A stretch of DNA of 64,000 nucleotides, taken from positions 2,108,001 through 2,172,000 of the forward strand of contig JBLDXI010000021.1 of NCBI GenBank assembly GCA_047495785.1. Direction: 5' to 3'. The position numbers and the translations under genes were made by a program. The first letter of the stretch is position 1. Every line of letters starts with the position of its first letter. This DNA comes from Lepidodermella squamata (taxonomy: Eukaryota; Animalia; Gastrotricha). Below, piece after piece: positions 13,901 through 25,943 of the stretch. The notes beneath the pieces are model-generated. The model had not been told where the DNA came from and made no database searches. It worked only from the letters and a program-made list of their open reading frames with translations.

Positions 13901-15038
13901 TACTGCTCAGTTGCATTGATTTCTGCGAGAAAACTGTTCCAGAGGCATATTCGATTTGTTTCCGCCATCAGTTGACGACAAATGCCGAACCGTCACCCCT
14001 CGTGCTGGCTGTTAGTAAATGGAGCAAATTGCCTGGTAAATCCGCCCTGGTCACTGACATCTACTCGTCATTCAGAGAGACCGTATTCGCTGTGGTCGTG
14101 CACGGCAAAGGCGTTGATTCGACCTTAACCCCGCAGCAACGCCTTGCGCTGCTGCACCGTATTCTAGACGCGTCTAGTGGCCAGTTGAATCTCAGCCGAA
14201 CTATGCTTATGGACCCGGATTTCTTGTACTTGCAACTTAACGCTTGTTTGGATGAAAACAGCAGCTGTCAAGTTGGTCGCGAGGAATTGGAGGATGAGAG
14301 TTCGCGCTCTGAAATGCTGAAGCGACTGTCGAAAGAGCTGCCATGGAACGCGTTGGTTGAAATGATCAAAGTCCTACCGCCATTTGACGATCCTTTCATC
14401 CAAAGTCAAGTCGTAGTTCCCCTACTGAATGAATCCGCAACAACGGCAGCTAACGGTCCTGATAAACTGGTATTTTTCATTGACTTCATTGATTTTTTCC
14501 CCATCTATCTATGTTTTTTTTTTCTTAGAGCGATATGAGCAATTTTGCATGCCTGATTCGAGAGATGTTTACCGATAAGCGGATCAATGTTCAGCAATTA
14601 CTCGAGGTCGCCAGTCACGTGGCTCATCTTGGCTTTCCACATTCAGCCGTCATCATTTGTCTTGTGTCGTCGCTGGCTCGTGATTCGCCGAAAATTTTCG
14701 ATTTTCTCGCAGGCATCGAGCCGTCGACAATGAACATGCGTCAGCCTTTGTTGTGCAGCGAATTGCTTGATGCCGGGATGTTACCGAAATTCGCACAGAC
14801 ACCCTATTTTGTGCCTCTGGTTGACTATGCTATTCACAATCAGTCGACCATGTCGTTTTCGATCGCTCAGCTCATCGACCAGCTGGCGAGTTTTGGCCTC
14901 GATGAAGAGGTCGATTTCGTGCGGAAACGACTGGCGGCGCGCAACCGGTTCGGCGGTTCCGCTGACGAGCCGAATGATGACGCGGCTGGTTCTTCCTTGC
15001 TAGGCAGTGTCTCTGGTGCTCTTCGAAAATGGTTTTGA
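7948..15038 (+). CDS. NBAS: NBAS / Sec39-family NRZ tether subunit (4 exons)
   Basis: N-terminal propeller (MSVSPS...W.LPSL, WWSDE), TPEELF...EEYGDALILAKAYNFDTDL, SNFPETLSPNEY, WFLMRAEEIE, F.ADEDYRKHAI. Introns ~9229-9287, ~10118-10170 and ~14470-14528. Confidence 0.9.
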
Positions 15039-16007
15039 TGAACTATAAATATCACAAGTTTTGAAAAATACCCGCAGATGTTTGGCTTAATTTATTGTGA
15101 TGGATTGTTCCAGCTTTACGATGATGATGTAAGAGATGTAAAATAATTTTCGAACCGTATTTTCGAAATATTTTCACTGTATAATGCTAAAGCGATGATA
15201 AAGGCAATAAACCTGGTTGAGGTGTTATTTCGTGGTCTAATTGCGGAAGTTTGGATTTATGAACAACATGATACTGCTATATCAGGAATTTCAGCATTTA
15301 TTTAGCAGCAAAAGACGACGGTGGCGAGTGGAGGAGTGTGCCTAAACCGGACAGAAATAACTTGCTTGTAGATTGAAATAATTATTACAATTATGCCCAC
15401 TTCCAATGCAACTCGACGACTTAGGTAAAAAATTAACCAAATCGAATCGAATTTAGTAAGAATACAAAACCGATGGCCGTGTACCTTAGGTGGACAGTGA
15501 TTTTTCTGACATATAAAAGCAAAAGTAGGTGTGAAACAACATTTTGGCAACGAGTTCAGCCTACGCAAGTGCGGAACGGCCTTCGGTTTTACACCGGACT
15601 GAGAAAGGCGTGAGGCTGGTTGGGAGTCAAAAGACCCAACGGAACCTAGCAGCGTGTTTTCATCAGCACTAACTTCCACTTGTCCTGAAAGTCTCATCAT
15701 TTGTTATGGATTGTTATGGACCAATACTAGTTGGTAGAAACAGAAAACAGTAGTGTAAAACAGCAGTGTAAAAGCTTAAAGCTGAACTTACAAGCAAAAG
15801 TTGGCAGCACGCCAACGGAAGGTGATGCAAGTGTAATTGTTTCTACCGTCCAGCACCAACCAGCCTTGTGCTGGGTAAAATTGAAAATTGGGTAAAATGC
15901 TTTGTCGACAGAAAATATAACAGTGTAGGGCCAACTCAAGCATGTTATTCAGTTATAACCGAATGAATTTATCGCAAGTTTTGTCACATTTTTTTCAAGG
16001 GTCGTTA

Positions 16008-16437
16008 TATTCATACTTAAATAAGTACGCGTTATTTGATATTCGTACTTAAGCGGCTTTCCGCTTACGTAATATTCGAAATTTTTCGACCATAATATTC
16101 AGCTTTTAAAACTGAGTAAGAATCATATCTCACCCAGGAAGCTGAGATAACTTGGACTTGTCAAATTTGCATCCAAAAACATGAAATTAGGGTTGGAAAG
16201 CTCAGGAAACCTAAAAGGTCCTGAACCTTAGATCCAACTTGATGAAAATAGGGAGAAACTCCAGATTTTGCCATCAAATTTGACAAGTCCAAGTTATCTC
16301 AGCTTCCTGGGTGAGATATGATTCTTACTCAGTTTTAAAAGCTGAATATTATGGTCGAAAAATTTCGAATATTACGTAAGCGGAAAGCCGCTTAAGTACG
16401 AATATCAAATAACGCGTACTTATTCAAGTACGAATAT
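16008..16437. mobile_element. Foldback/MITE with ~160-bp near-perfect inverted arms
   Basis: 16008-16169 is the reverse complement of 16275-16437, with a ~105-bp spacer and no ORF. Confidence 0.85.
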
Positions 16438-16907
16438 CCACTCCGTTTTTTTAATAACACCTAGTAACAACCTATTTCTGTTTGATGAAGCACTAACAAC
16501 GGATAGCAGTAATAAACATATGGCGAAAAACCAAAAGTGCAGTGTTGCTAATTTCAAAAAATGTTATTTTCAATGGCAATGAGTAGCAGCAGCAATTAGT
16601 CGCCGACAAAACAAAAAAACAGAAAGCGGTAAAACAGCAGATTCGACCTGTCTATTACAAAAGACTTAAAATGGCACAGACCTTCATCAAAACAACGAGT
16701 ATATAGAAAAATAAATACCAGTATTCCATGGTACACTGGGAGAAAAATTTACATTTTCAGATGAACTTTTCACGCTTCTAGAGAGAACATCACGATTTAA
16801 AGCTGAATTTGCATTTAAATCACAGAGACCCATTGCCTGATGACGAAAAACGAGGCAGTACAGATTATTCTAACAGATTGTTCATCTCCGCGTTGACAAT
16901 GAGATTG

Positions 16908-18914
16908 TCACTCCGCCTTGTAGAAAAACTGACCGGCCCTAAGGCGGCGCATCCACTCTGATGAAAGCAAGCGACGTTCCTTTTGCACCTTATCGAAAAT
17001 TCCGCGATTTTCCTGTGCGCGTCGCATCAGATATGGCATGACATCGAAGGTAGGCCCATAGGGGATGTACTTGTAGACAGAGAAGCCAGCCTGGCCCAAT
17101 GTGAACGATACTTGATCGCACATTCCCATAAGCTGGCCGAAACAGACAATTTTGTCATCCGGGTTGATGTCGAGCTCCTTCATTTTCAGAACCGCATTTC
17201 TGACCGACTCTTCATTATGAGTGGCACACATCAGTGACACCTTGCCCTTCGCCCGGGTCTTCGCTGATCGCAGTAACTCCTCGAAGATTCGCACGTAATT
17301 TTCGGTGGTTTCGTCCGTGTTCGACCAGATTGGGTCGGGGTAGTTATACTCAGCGGCGCGAGCTCGCTCCTGTTCAAGGTACGCGCCCCTTACCAGTTTG
17401 CAACCGAAATAGAAATCTTCGCGAGCAGACAGCGCCAAGTCAAGCTGAACCCTGCGCAAAGTGCCTCGCGTGTAGGCCTGATAAGTGTTGAAAACGATAG
17501 CACTGTCCTGAAATCAGAGTTTATTTTAAAATGGAGATGCTGGGCATAAAGAAATATTGCCTTATTGAACTGGCGCATCATTTCGACGGCAAGACGGTTG
17601 ATGGCCGGTTGGAAGTAGCTCTGCTCGGCGTCGATCATAATGCGAACGTCGCGGGATTTCGCATGCTCGACTATACGATTCAAACGCTTGATCATGTTTT
17701 TGAACTGCTCGTCCATGTCAGGGTCCAGCTTCGGAATCAACGGGGCAAGCATGTTGAATTTTCTACCCAAACTATCCGTGTAGACTCTAACGCTCGGTAA
17801 CGACAGAACTTTGTGAATGTCGACATTCATCAAATTGGACCATTCGAACATGTCAATTTTTCTGAAGGAAATAAATTAATTCCTTATTACCCAATTCAAG
17901 ATAAATAATTACCCTTCTTTCGTTTTGTCAAGCCATGTGAACCATTGCTTTGAATCATCACGAGATATCGGGATACCCATATCATTCAACCCCTTTCTGA
18001 ACTGATACTCGGACATGGTTTGCATCAGGTCGTCTGGGTTCATGCCAGCACCAACCATTTTCTGGTAATAATTTTCGATACGGACCAACACCTCAGAGAT
18101 GTGCATAAGGAGATCAGGACGTCCGAGCGCCGTAACTTTGATCGCAGCGAAGCCAGATGCTTTCGTTGCATCAGCCACGGCATTGATGCACTCGATAAAA
18201 TGATTCATGTTGTCATCACACGCTTTTTCGTCCTCGTAGACGTAGGTACGAGCTGAGACGACACCCTCGCTGATATCGCTAACAGAAGAGCGGTACTGTC
18301 TGATTTCTGGAGAACTGTCCTTGTCTGCATAGAAAAATCAAGTCAAGTTTTATTTTTCCAGATATTTCTATGCGCTCACCATGTGTGCCATGCGTTGCCG
18401 ATGTTGTTTCGACTTTTTTGTCGCCTGAAACATCCTCCTCAACACTGTAGTCTAGAATTGATTTGACACCGAATCGCCTGTAACGCTCAACCACTGGTGT
18501 AATCTCTTGAATATCGGCACCAGCGACAAAGTGACCGTAAACTGTTAACTGGAGTAATTTCTCTAGGATACGCCGACCAAGCACTTTTTCAGCCAGCGAG
18601 AATAGCTGCCGCTGATTCGCTACCAATTTCTCGTAAGAACATAGCCGAAAGACGAGAATAGCTCGAAGAAGTTCGAAATTAGATTTCGATTTGTAAGCCT
18701 CCTTAATATTCTCAAAGGAGAGATCAATTTGTTTGAATGACGGGTGGTCACCACCAGTGCCCGGCTTGCCACTAGCTACCCAATCAGGATGCACTTTATC
18801 ATCTTTTTTCCACGATGCAGTTAATGACGCCGTCCGCAAGTGGACTGAAAGCAACTGCGCCGCTCTTACTCGGTAGTGATTCAACAAGACCAAGCTGCCA
18901 AGCTGACCAGGCAT
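16908..18914 (-). CDS. PRODH: Proline dehydrogenase, copy 2 (complete, 4 exons)
   Basis: Exons 18914-18380, 18324-17913, 17861-17561 and 17507-16908. Motifs VFNTYQAY, KLVRGAY, ATHNEES, FGQLMGM, YKYIPYGP, YLMRRAQEN. Confidence 0.95.
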
Positions 18915-19471
18915 GAAAAACAAGTCGTTCAAGTAAAAGATCTAATTTTAATAATCGACGAACAAAAATTCTTATTCCAAATTTACAGTTACAAATTGTG
19001 ATTATTGAATGGTACACAGTTGCATACAATCTTGGATACAGTAACGTGAACCATGAAACCGACAGGTCCGACAATCAAATAACAATCATCGAACTTATTT
19101 ACAGTATAAGAACGAACAAGCGCAGGTTTGGAGTTTGGAGAAATAAAGCAACACGTCGTGATTTGAAGGATGGATAGAGACCCTGCTACTAATTCTGGTG
19201 ATTCAACAGGGGTTGGGTTGATAAGTTGGAAATACCTGTCACCGATAATTCGAGATTCGAATAGAGCATTAAATCTACCCGCTGTTGCCATACACTTCCA
19301 GTTTGCTCAGAAGCTAAAAGCTAAGAGCCCTATGAGCAGTGAACATTATGACGTTGCACGCGTCAATCGAATAAGCCGGAGACGTTTCGTTGGTCAGTCA
19401 GCTAGACTACACCACGCAGGGAGCAGGAGTACCCAAACCCAAAAAAGCCGAGAAACCTACACTGAAGCAAA

Positions 19472-19650
19472 AATAACGCGTTAAACTAAAAGTAACGCGT
19501 TACAAATGGGTGGAATTAATAAAATTAAAGGCAGGAACGCGTTACGAAAATGTAGCAGAGAAAGTGGCGCGTTACAAATGAGATGAAATAAAAAAGTAAC
19601 GCGCCACATGAATGCTGATGGAGCTTAGGGAGGGTTGACGCGTTACTTTT
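19472..19650. repeat. Cluster of (G)TAACGCGTTA(C)-like palindromic motifs
   Basis: About six variants of GTAACGCGTTAC within 180 bp; resembles subterminal repeats of a non-autonomous DNA transposon. Confidence 0.6.
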
Positions 19651-20242
19651 CGACAAATGGAGCAAAAGTTGGGGTTCTGAAACCTTGGGGTACATCTTAT
19701 GTCAGTTGATTTGAAAAGCGCTATTTCCGTGTAGGAAGAAAATGGCTCGCGACTACATATACATACCACAAGGCGACGACGCTTGCGCCGCCGTCGATGA
19801 TTTTCATCGAGTTTGGGGCTTTTCTGGAGCCATCGACTCGCTTGACACGGTCGAATGTCGAAATACGGGCGCTGCCCGATAATGCCGGTGACCATTTCAG
19901 CAGAAAGAGCCGCTATACCACGGTTACTCAGGTGTCAGTCGATTCCGACCTTCGGTTTTTTATGTATACACTGGCGCGGCTGGGTCTGTGCACGACGCCC
20001 GGGTATTCGCATGGTCCTCGCTATTCGACCAAGCCGAGAGGCTAACGGACGTGTTTGCGCAGGTGTTTCGCCGAATGTTGGCGATACGGAGTTGCCAGTT
20101 CAAATTTCTCTCAGCCTACCCGTTGAAACCCCGGCTTATGAAGCCCTATCGAGACGACGAGGGCCGTGGCAACAGTCGACCCAGCGAAGCTGCAATTCAA
20201 CAAAAAAATTGACTTCAAGCCGGATTAGCTCAGAACATGGCA

Positions 20243-20973
20243 GATCCTCGATTTCGATGTGGCAGAAGGAAAGCAGGGAACCTAAAGCGGAGGAAGTGGG
20301 ATCGGAACAGGTCACAACTGGCCAGACATCATTACTTGGCCTGAAACTGGATTCGGCAATGTCGATGGAGGCATGCATCAACGACAAAGTGGCGAGAGCA
20401 ACAATAGTTGTTACGCAGCTGTCCGTTACGACTTCGGCCATTTTTGTCAAAGCGCCAACTGGGTAACGCTTTCAAAACGAATGCCCTGCCACTCCTGGAG
20501 TACGGCATGGTGGGGTACGCTCACGCGTCTACAACGGTACTCGATCGGCTAGAGGCGGTCCAAGACCGCTTCTGCAAAGCGACAGGCGTCGATCTACAGC
20601 CACTGAAAAAACGGCGTTTTGTGGGAATAATGACTTATCTATATAAGGTCATCGTAGCACGTCGTGGAACACCTCAGTTGCGATCGAGGTTTGAAATCCT
20701 TGAACTTAGTAGGGACACGCGAGCGCTTCGTGGTTCGATTGTCCGTCACAAATACCAGGTGCGTCTGTCAACACCGTGGCAAAGTGCTGTTCGACGAAAT
20801 CCAGGTACGGAGATCGAGCCACTACAACGACTTAATGAGGTCTTCGCAAGATGGAATAGCCTTCCCGCCAGATGTTTCCCTGAAAACACCGACATCAACT
20901 TTTTTAAATTGCAGATGAACTCCCTAGGCCTTAATCTTTGATTATAGCTGAAAATACTCGGTAAATAAAAAAA
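20243..20973 (+). mobile_element. 5'-truncated LINE inserted into the Harbinger transposase
   Basis: Post-RT ORF2 motifs (LLGLKLDS, PLLEYG...LEAVQDRF, WNSLP), an A-rich tail, and TSD ATGGCA at 20237-20242 and 20974-20979. Confidence 0.85.
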
Positions 20974-21429
20974 ATGGCATTGGCGTGAGGAAGGGCGTTT
21001 GGCAGCGAAACCTACCTTCAACAACTTATCGTATGAGTTGCCTCTATAGCACTCTGCACAACTTCAGAATCATTCATTAGCAATTAGCAGCCGCTGCACA
21101 AAGAATGGCTACAAAACCGGCCGAAGAAAGTTGCCATCCGATTTCAACCCGTCCGACAAGAACTGAGAAAACCGACGAACAAATTCGGGACATTTTTGCT
21201 AATTATTTTCCTAAATGATGTCTCCTTCTGTCATTCAATCTCGAGCCTCTCCAATCACGCGCAATTTTAGAATTTTGAAATTAATAACACACTTCGATTG
21301 ATTACTGGTTTCTAGTTTAATTATTTATCGGATTAAATACAGCACGAAGCGTTTAACTAAAAATTATGAGTAATTGAATATGAGTCATTGAGATTACTGA
21401 GTCAGATTAGTAAAGCGGAGAGACAGGTC

Positions 21430-21450
21430 ATATATATATATATATATATA
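21430..21450. repeat. (AT)n microsatellite
   Basis: Direct reading of the sequence. Confidence 0.9.
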
Positions 21451-22679
21451 CAAATCAGAGTTGAAGAGCTGCGAGCATTAGGAAGTATTAGCGAAAGAAG
21501 CCGGATTGATTTGCTGGGTTGTGGCTGGTGCCGATGGCCCGAAGATAAACGCGTTGCTCGCCGCGCTGGCTGAACATTGCATTGCAGTGTTCGGCGGTCC
21601 GCTGTTGCCTGGAAATTGCATTGGCGTCATGCGCATCATCAGCATGTTGTTTGCTGTTGCAGTTGTTGTTGCATCCGTTGTTGTAGCTGAAGTTGCGATT
21701 CTTGCTGGCGAAGTATATTCTTCAGCTCGAGGTACGGCGACGCACTGGGCGTATCATTCGACCTAGCGAAGTTCATTTACCTAGTCAATTTACCTAGTTC
21801 ATTTACCTAGTCGAACTGGCGATTTGCGCCATGATTTTCGAGTCCTCTAGCATTTGCTGCTGCCGCGCGGTGGTGGTTTCAATTATGAACTTAGCTAGGT
21901 TTTGCCTAGAACCCCCCTGCGGCGCGGCTATTCGTTTGGTCCTAACCAAGCCAGGCTTGAATTTTACGGCCTCTTTCTCACCCTCCTGGGCACCACTGGA
22001 ACCCCCGGCGTTTTCAGAAAGCCCAGCAGATTGAACAGACCCAGCAGACCGTGATCCTCCTTGGCTCGGCCCTGCCTTATCCTGTTCAATTGCGGAGAGT
22101 TGCGCTTACGCTTACAACCTCTTCGTTGTCGCTCTGGTTGGGGCCAGTGCCGAAAGCGTTAACGGGGACGCTACCCGGCCGATTTGCCATAAATTTGTGC
22201 ATTTCCTTGAAGAATATAAACTTAGCGGTTCCCTCACCCGTCTTCTTGAGCCTTTTCGCCTCATCATTATGTTCACGAATCAAGCGCTTGGCCTTATTCT
22301 TGCATTGATCCTCAGTGCGGAAAAACCCAGATTGATCTAGTTCGGCAGAAAATTTATTGTAATCCCAAGTACTCAAATGGGCCCCGTCAGCGGTAGGTAG
22401 GTGTGTTTGTCCTCCAGGACCGAGATGATGGCCAAAGTATCAAAATCGGACCACCGACTAGCAGCCCCTCCTTTACACACGCATTTGCTTCCGTTCACTC
22501 CCGTTTGCTTTCACCCTCCCTCGTTCGCTCCCTGAGTTGAGCTCCACGCGCGCGTTTACACGACTGGGCACCAACAAGACCGAAAACTGCTCGTGTAAAC
22601 GCGCCTATTATCCGTAGAGAAAAACACCGAAAACGGAGTGCACACAATTGTTTATTCAGTAGTTCGACATTGTTTAGAA

Positions 22680-23419
22680 TCAGACTAGAGGTTCTTTAAT
22701 TTTAGCAGTATAACCGACGTATTTTCTCCTGTATTTTAAGCTAGTAACAACGTTATCGACACCCGTGTAAACTTTGGCTCGGTGATCTTCGCCAGCGCCT
22801 TCCAGATCACCTGAAACGCCCGACTTGAAAACTCGGCCCGGGTACTCGACTTGAACGTGGATGTTCTTCGGCAACTCATTGCGCTCCTGCAATGAACCGA
22901 GTTGCTCGATTGGATTTGGCAGTGCTGCGGCTTTAGTTGAGGACAGTTGTGGCGCGTTCAAATAAGAAATAACGTCACTGATGTTTTTCAGGTCCGAAAG
23001 CACGAAATTGGGCAGGTCACAGTCAAGTTCTGCCATTAGCTCACTCAAAACCTGTAATATTATGCATAGAAAAAGAAATTCGGCTGTTCAGAATAATATA
23101 CCCTGTATTTAATGCGACCATCGGCAAGTGAAACAGCGCGCCAATCGTCGATGTTTTCAGGAATACACTTCTTCACCACCTTTTCCACAATTTCTTCCAC
23201 GTTTGGTGGCGGGGCGAAAATTTTAACGTTGGTCAGTCGGGCATTGCTCTTTAGCTTTTGCAACAGGCTTTCAACGGTAACACTGCTTTCAGGTGAATTC
23301 AGAGGAGGGGTCGTTTGACTGACTGGCGGTATCGAGTCTTTCAGTGCCTCCCCCTTTTCGGCCGAGCCCCGCCAAAGGGACATCCACCGTGGGCTGGCTC
23401 TTCTCATTGCTAAAAACAT
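22680..23419 (-). CDS. MRPL50: Mitochondrial ribosomal protein L50-like
   Basis: Arg-rich presequence; W...SL.D...KY|VL...LPNFVLSDLKNISDVISYL.AP; LPKNIHVQ. Intron ~23052-23102. Confidence 0.75.
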
Positions 23420-23588
23420 TGCTCTAAAAACAAAAACGCGCAAATGTCATCCCTGTTTTACTGCTTTCAGTGTGAATATTGGTAAAAAAAAATCATGAGT
23501 AAAATACATGTCGCATCGATAAAACGCAACAAAGATACAAAGTTGAGCAATCAACCGGATTAGACAAATTGGCATAAAACCCCAGCGA

Positions 23589-25760
23589 CTAGTAGTGTTG
23601 GCTGTTCCACCACTCGTTATATTCAGTTTCCACATTCCTCAGGATCTTCTTTAATAGCAGCGTCTGAGGTCGGTCCGGAGGATTAGCAGACCATGACTCA
23701 TTAACAAGGTTCCAATAAATGTTCAAAATTCTAACAAATTCCGCTTGTTTGCCGTAACGCACGCCCTAAAATAAAAATAATACGGCATGTTTCTAAATAA
23801 TGAGATGAAGACTAACGAGTTCGTTTTGCTGAATCAGGGCCTCGATTTGCAACGGTAAACGAGGTCGAATATTTCTTGTGACAACAACATCAATCATTTC
23901 TTCCAACGAGGGCTCGGGTGGAAGCATGTCTGAATACGGCGGCTGGTAGATTTGCTCAGGGACATCTCCACTGCTAACATGTAAGCTAATATTCAAGCGC
24001 GACAAAAGCTCCCAGAGAACCAAAGCAAAGCTGTAGACATCGCTCCTTTGATAAACATCGAAATTGTCACTCGCACTGCTGTAAAGTGCCCGATAAGCGA
24101 TAGGTTTAAGCTGCTCAGGGGCCATGTAACGACGAGTTCCGACCTATTCAGCCATCAAATTAGCAAAAAGATTTCAGAAAAACTCTACCGAACTAACTGT
24201 ATTTTCCTCGTCAGGTTTCCACGAGTCCTGGCCCTCAATTGCAACCAGGCCGAAGTCGGCTAAACAAAGCGTAAAGTCGTCCTTGACCAGAAGATTTTTT
24301 GACTTGAAATCACGGTGAGCCATCGCCCGCTTATTACCGATCACCGAGTGTAAATAGTGCAGTCCTCTTGCGGCAGAAATAGAAAATTTGGACAACAAAG
24401 CCATGTCGATTGTATTGGCCATCAGATAATCAAATAGAGAGCCATTTTTGTGAAACTGGTTGAATGAAAACTCAGTTGACAAATAATTAAAAAATTGTTG
24501 ACTCACAGAGATTATAAGCCATAGTTCCGTAATAGAACCCCGCCCCAGAACGTCCGCCGCTGAAATGAAACAGTAGAAACGATCCTCATAATAAGACGCT
24601 ATTCAATGAATTACCGACAAAATTCACTATGTTTTCGTGGCGGAGGCGGGCATGGTTGAAGACATAGGATTCGCGGTGCCAGGAATTTTCATCACGAGAG
24701 GCAAAAATTTTCACAGCGACCAGTTCACCACAGTAATCGCCCTTCCACACCTCGCCATAGCGACCGCGACCGATCACCTCAATCAGTCGCACACAACGTG
24801 CGATCGTCTGTTGGACAAGTTGCGGCTGACCCCGTCCACTTCCGCTACCCGAAAATTCATATGACGCCTCGGTACCAGGAGTCCGCGTCACCTCAACAAA
24901 GGTTTGCTGGGTTGGAGCAACGGATGAGCTAACATCGGGCATCACTAGTTAACGTAATTTTTGTTGGTTTTGGTGCTGCATCATAGTGATAGATTAAAAC
25001 TTACTGCGACTATTAGGTGGAGGGCTAAGCGGGATAGACGCATTGGTGACAGAATTGTATGAGCACCTTTCAGCCTGATGATATGCGATTCGAATATCCG
25101 AGTTTTCGGCACGACGATGCATTGAAAAGCATTCACAGATCCCAGCACATCGTCGCAGAAAACTCCTTCCGCTGGACTTTGGAATGTGCGATTTGGCTTC
25201 AAGAAGGAAAATTCTTGCATCACTCGCAGCTTTCAGGCGACCCTTCAACCGATTCGGCTTCGTCATTCGATTGATCAATCGGACAAGAATCAATAACAGC
25301 ACAGCGCAAAGCACGAACGCAGCGGCTGACGTGTACAATATAGACATGTCAAATTCATTTGATGCGGCAATATCAATCGAATTCGCAGGTGTTTTCGGCG
25401 AGGGCAAAAGCATCTCTAATTCCAACAGCATTCTCTGAAAACGCACAAGATTCGGTTCAATTGAATATCAACCAACCAACGGCAGCTAACCTCATCGTTA
25501 CAATAATTGCTTGTGTTGCAGCATTTGATAGCCACTCTGGCAGTCCGAGTTCCGCAAATACGCCTATTGTCCAGACAGCCTTGCGTGACGGTGTAATTGC
25601 CCGCAGAGAATTCCCTCGAAGCAAAACACTGAGAAAATATTTATAAAATATGAAGCAAATGATACAACTATAACAGTGCACCAACCTCCAGTGCTCTAGT
25701 GCAGTAGTTGCCTGATTCTTCACAATCATCATGATGAGCTGAGCAATGACAACTCAACAT
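23589..25760 (-). CDS. TGF-beta/BMP family type I receptor Ser/Thr kinase
   Basis: Cys-rich ectodomain ending CCNTSNYCN, a TM helix, GS box SGSGSG..QLVQQTIAR, GRGRYGEVW, VAVKIF, HRDFKSKN, GTRRYMAPE, DVYSFALVLWE. About 8 exons. Confidence 0.92.
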
Positions 25761-25943
25761 GAAAAATCCTCACGTCTAAAATTCAAAATTTGCAATTTTA
25801 ACGCCGACTTGAGCAAGCAAAGTTGCGTTTTATTCATTAATATAAGAATTACAATATATCATATTGTCAATATTAAATATAAAAATTGAATGGGTAGAAG
25901 TTAGCTGAAAGATTGCACCGCAAGGAACAAAAACCGAATAGCT

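Larger units (their letters stand above)
19770..22606. mobile_element. Decayed PIF/Harbinger transposon (transposase on +, Myb/SANT trihelix ORF on -)
   Basis: Frameshifted DDE_Tnp_4 motifs (HFSRKSRY, GSVHDARVF, AYPLKPRLMKPY, FNKKL..SR...EHG) at ~19800-21010. Trihelix WSDFDT...FFRTEDQCKNKAKRL at ~22100-22460. Terminal ...TCGTGTAAACGCGCCT at ~22590-22606; left TIR not found. Confidence 0.85.

Noticed and set aside
21760-21812. Repeats of ATTTACCTAGT as a CRISPR-like array
   Set aside because: Adjacent 12-bp tandem units without spacers, inside a eukaryotic transposon.
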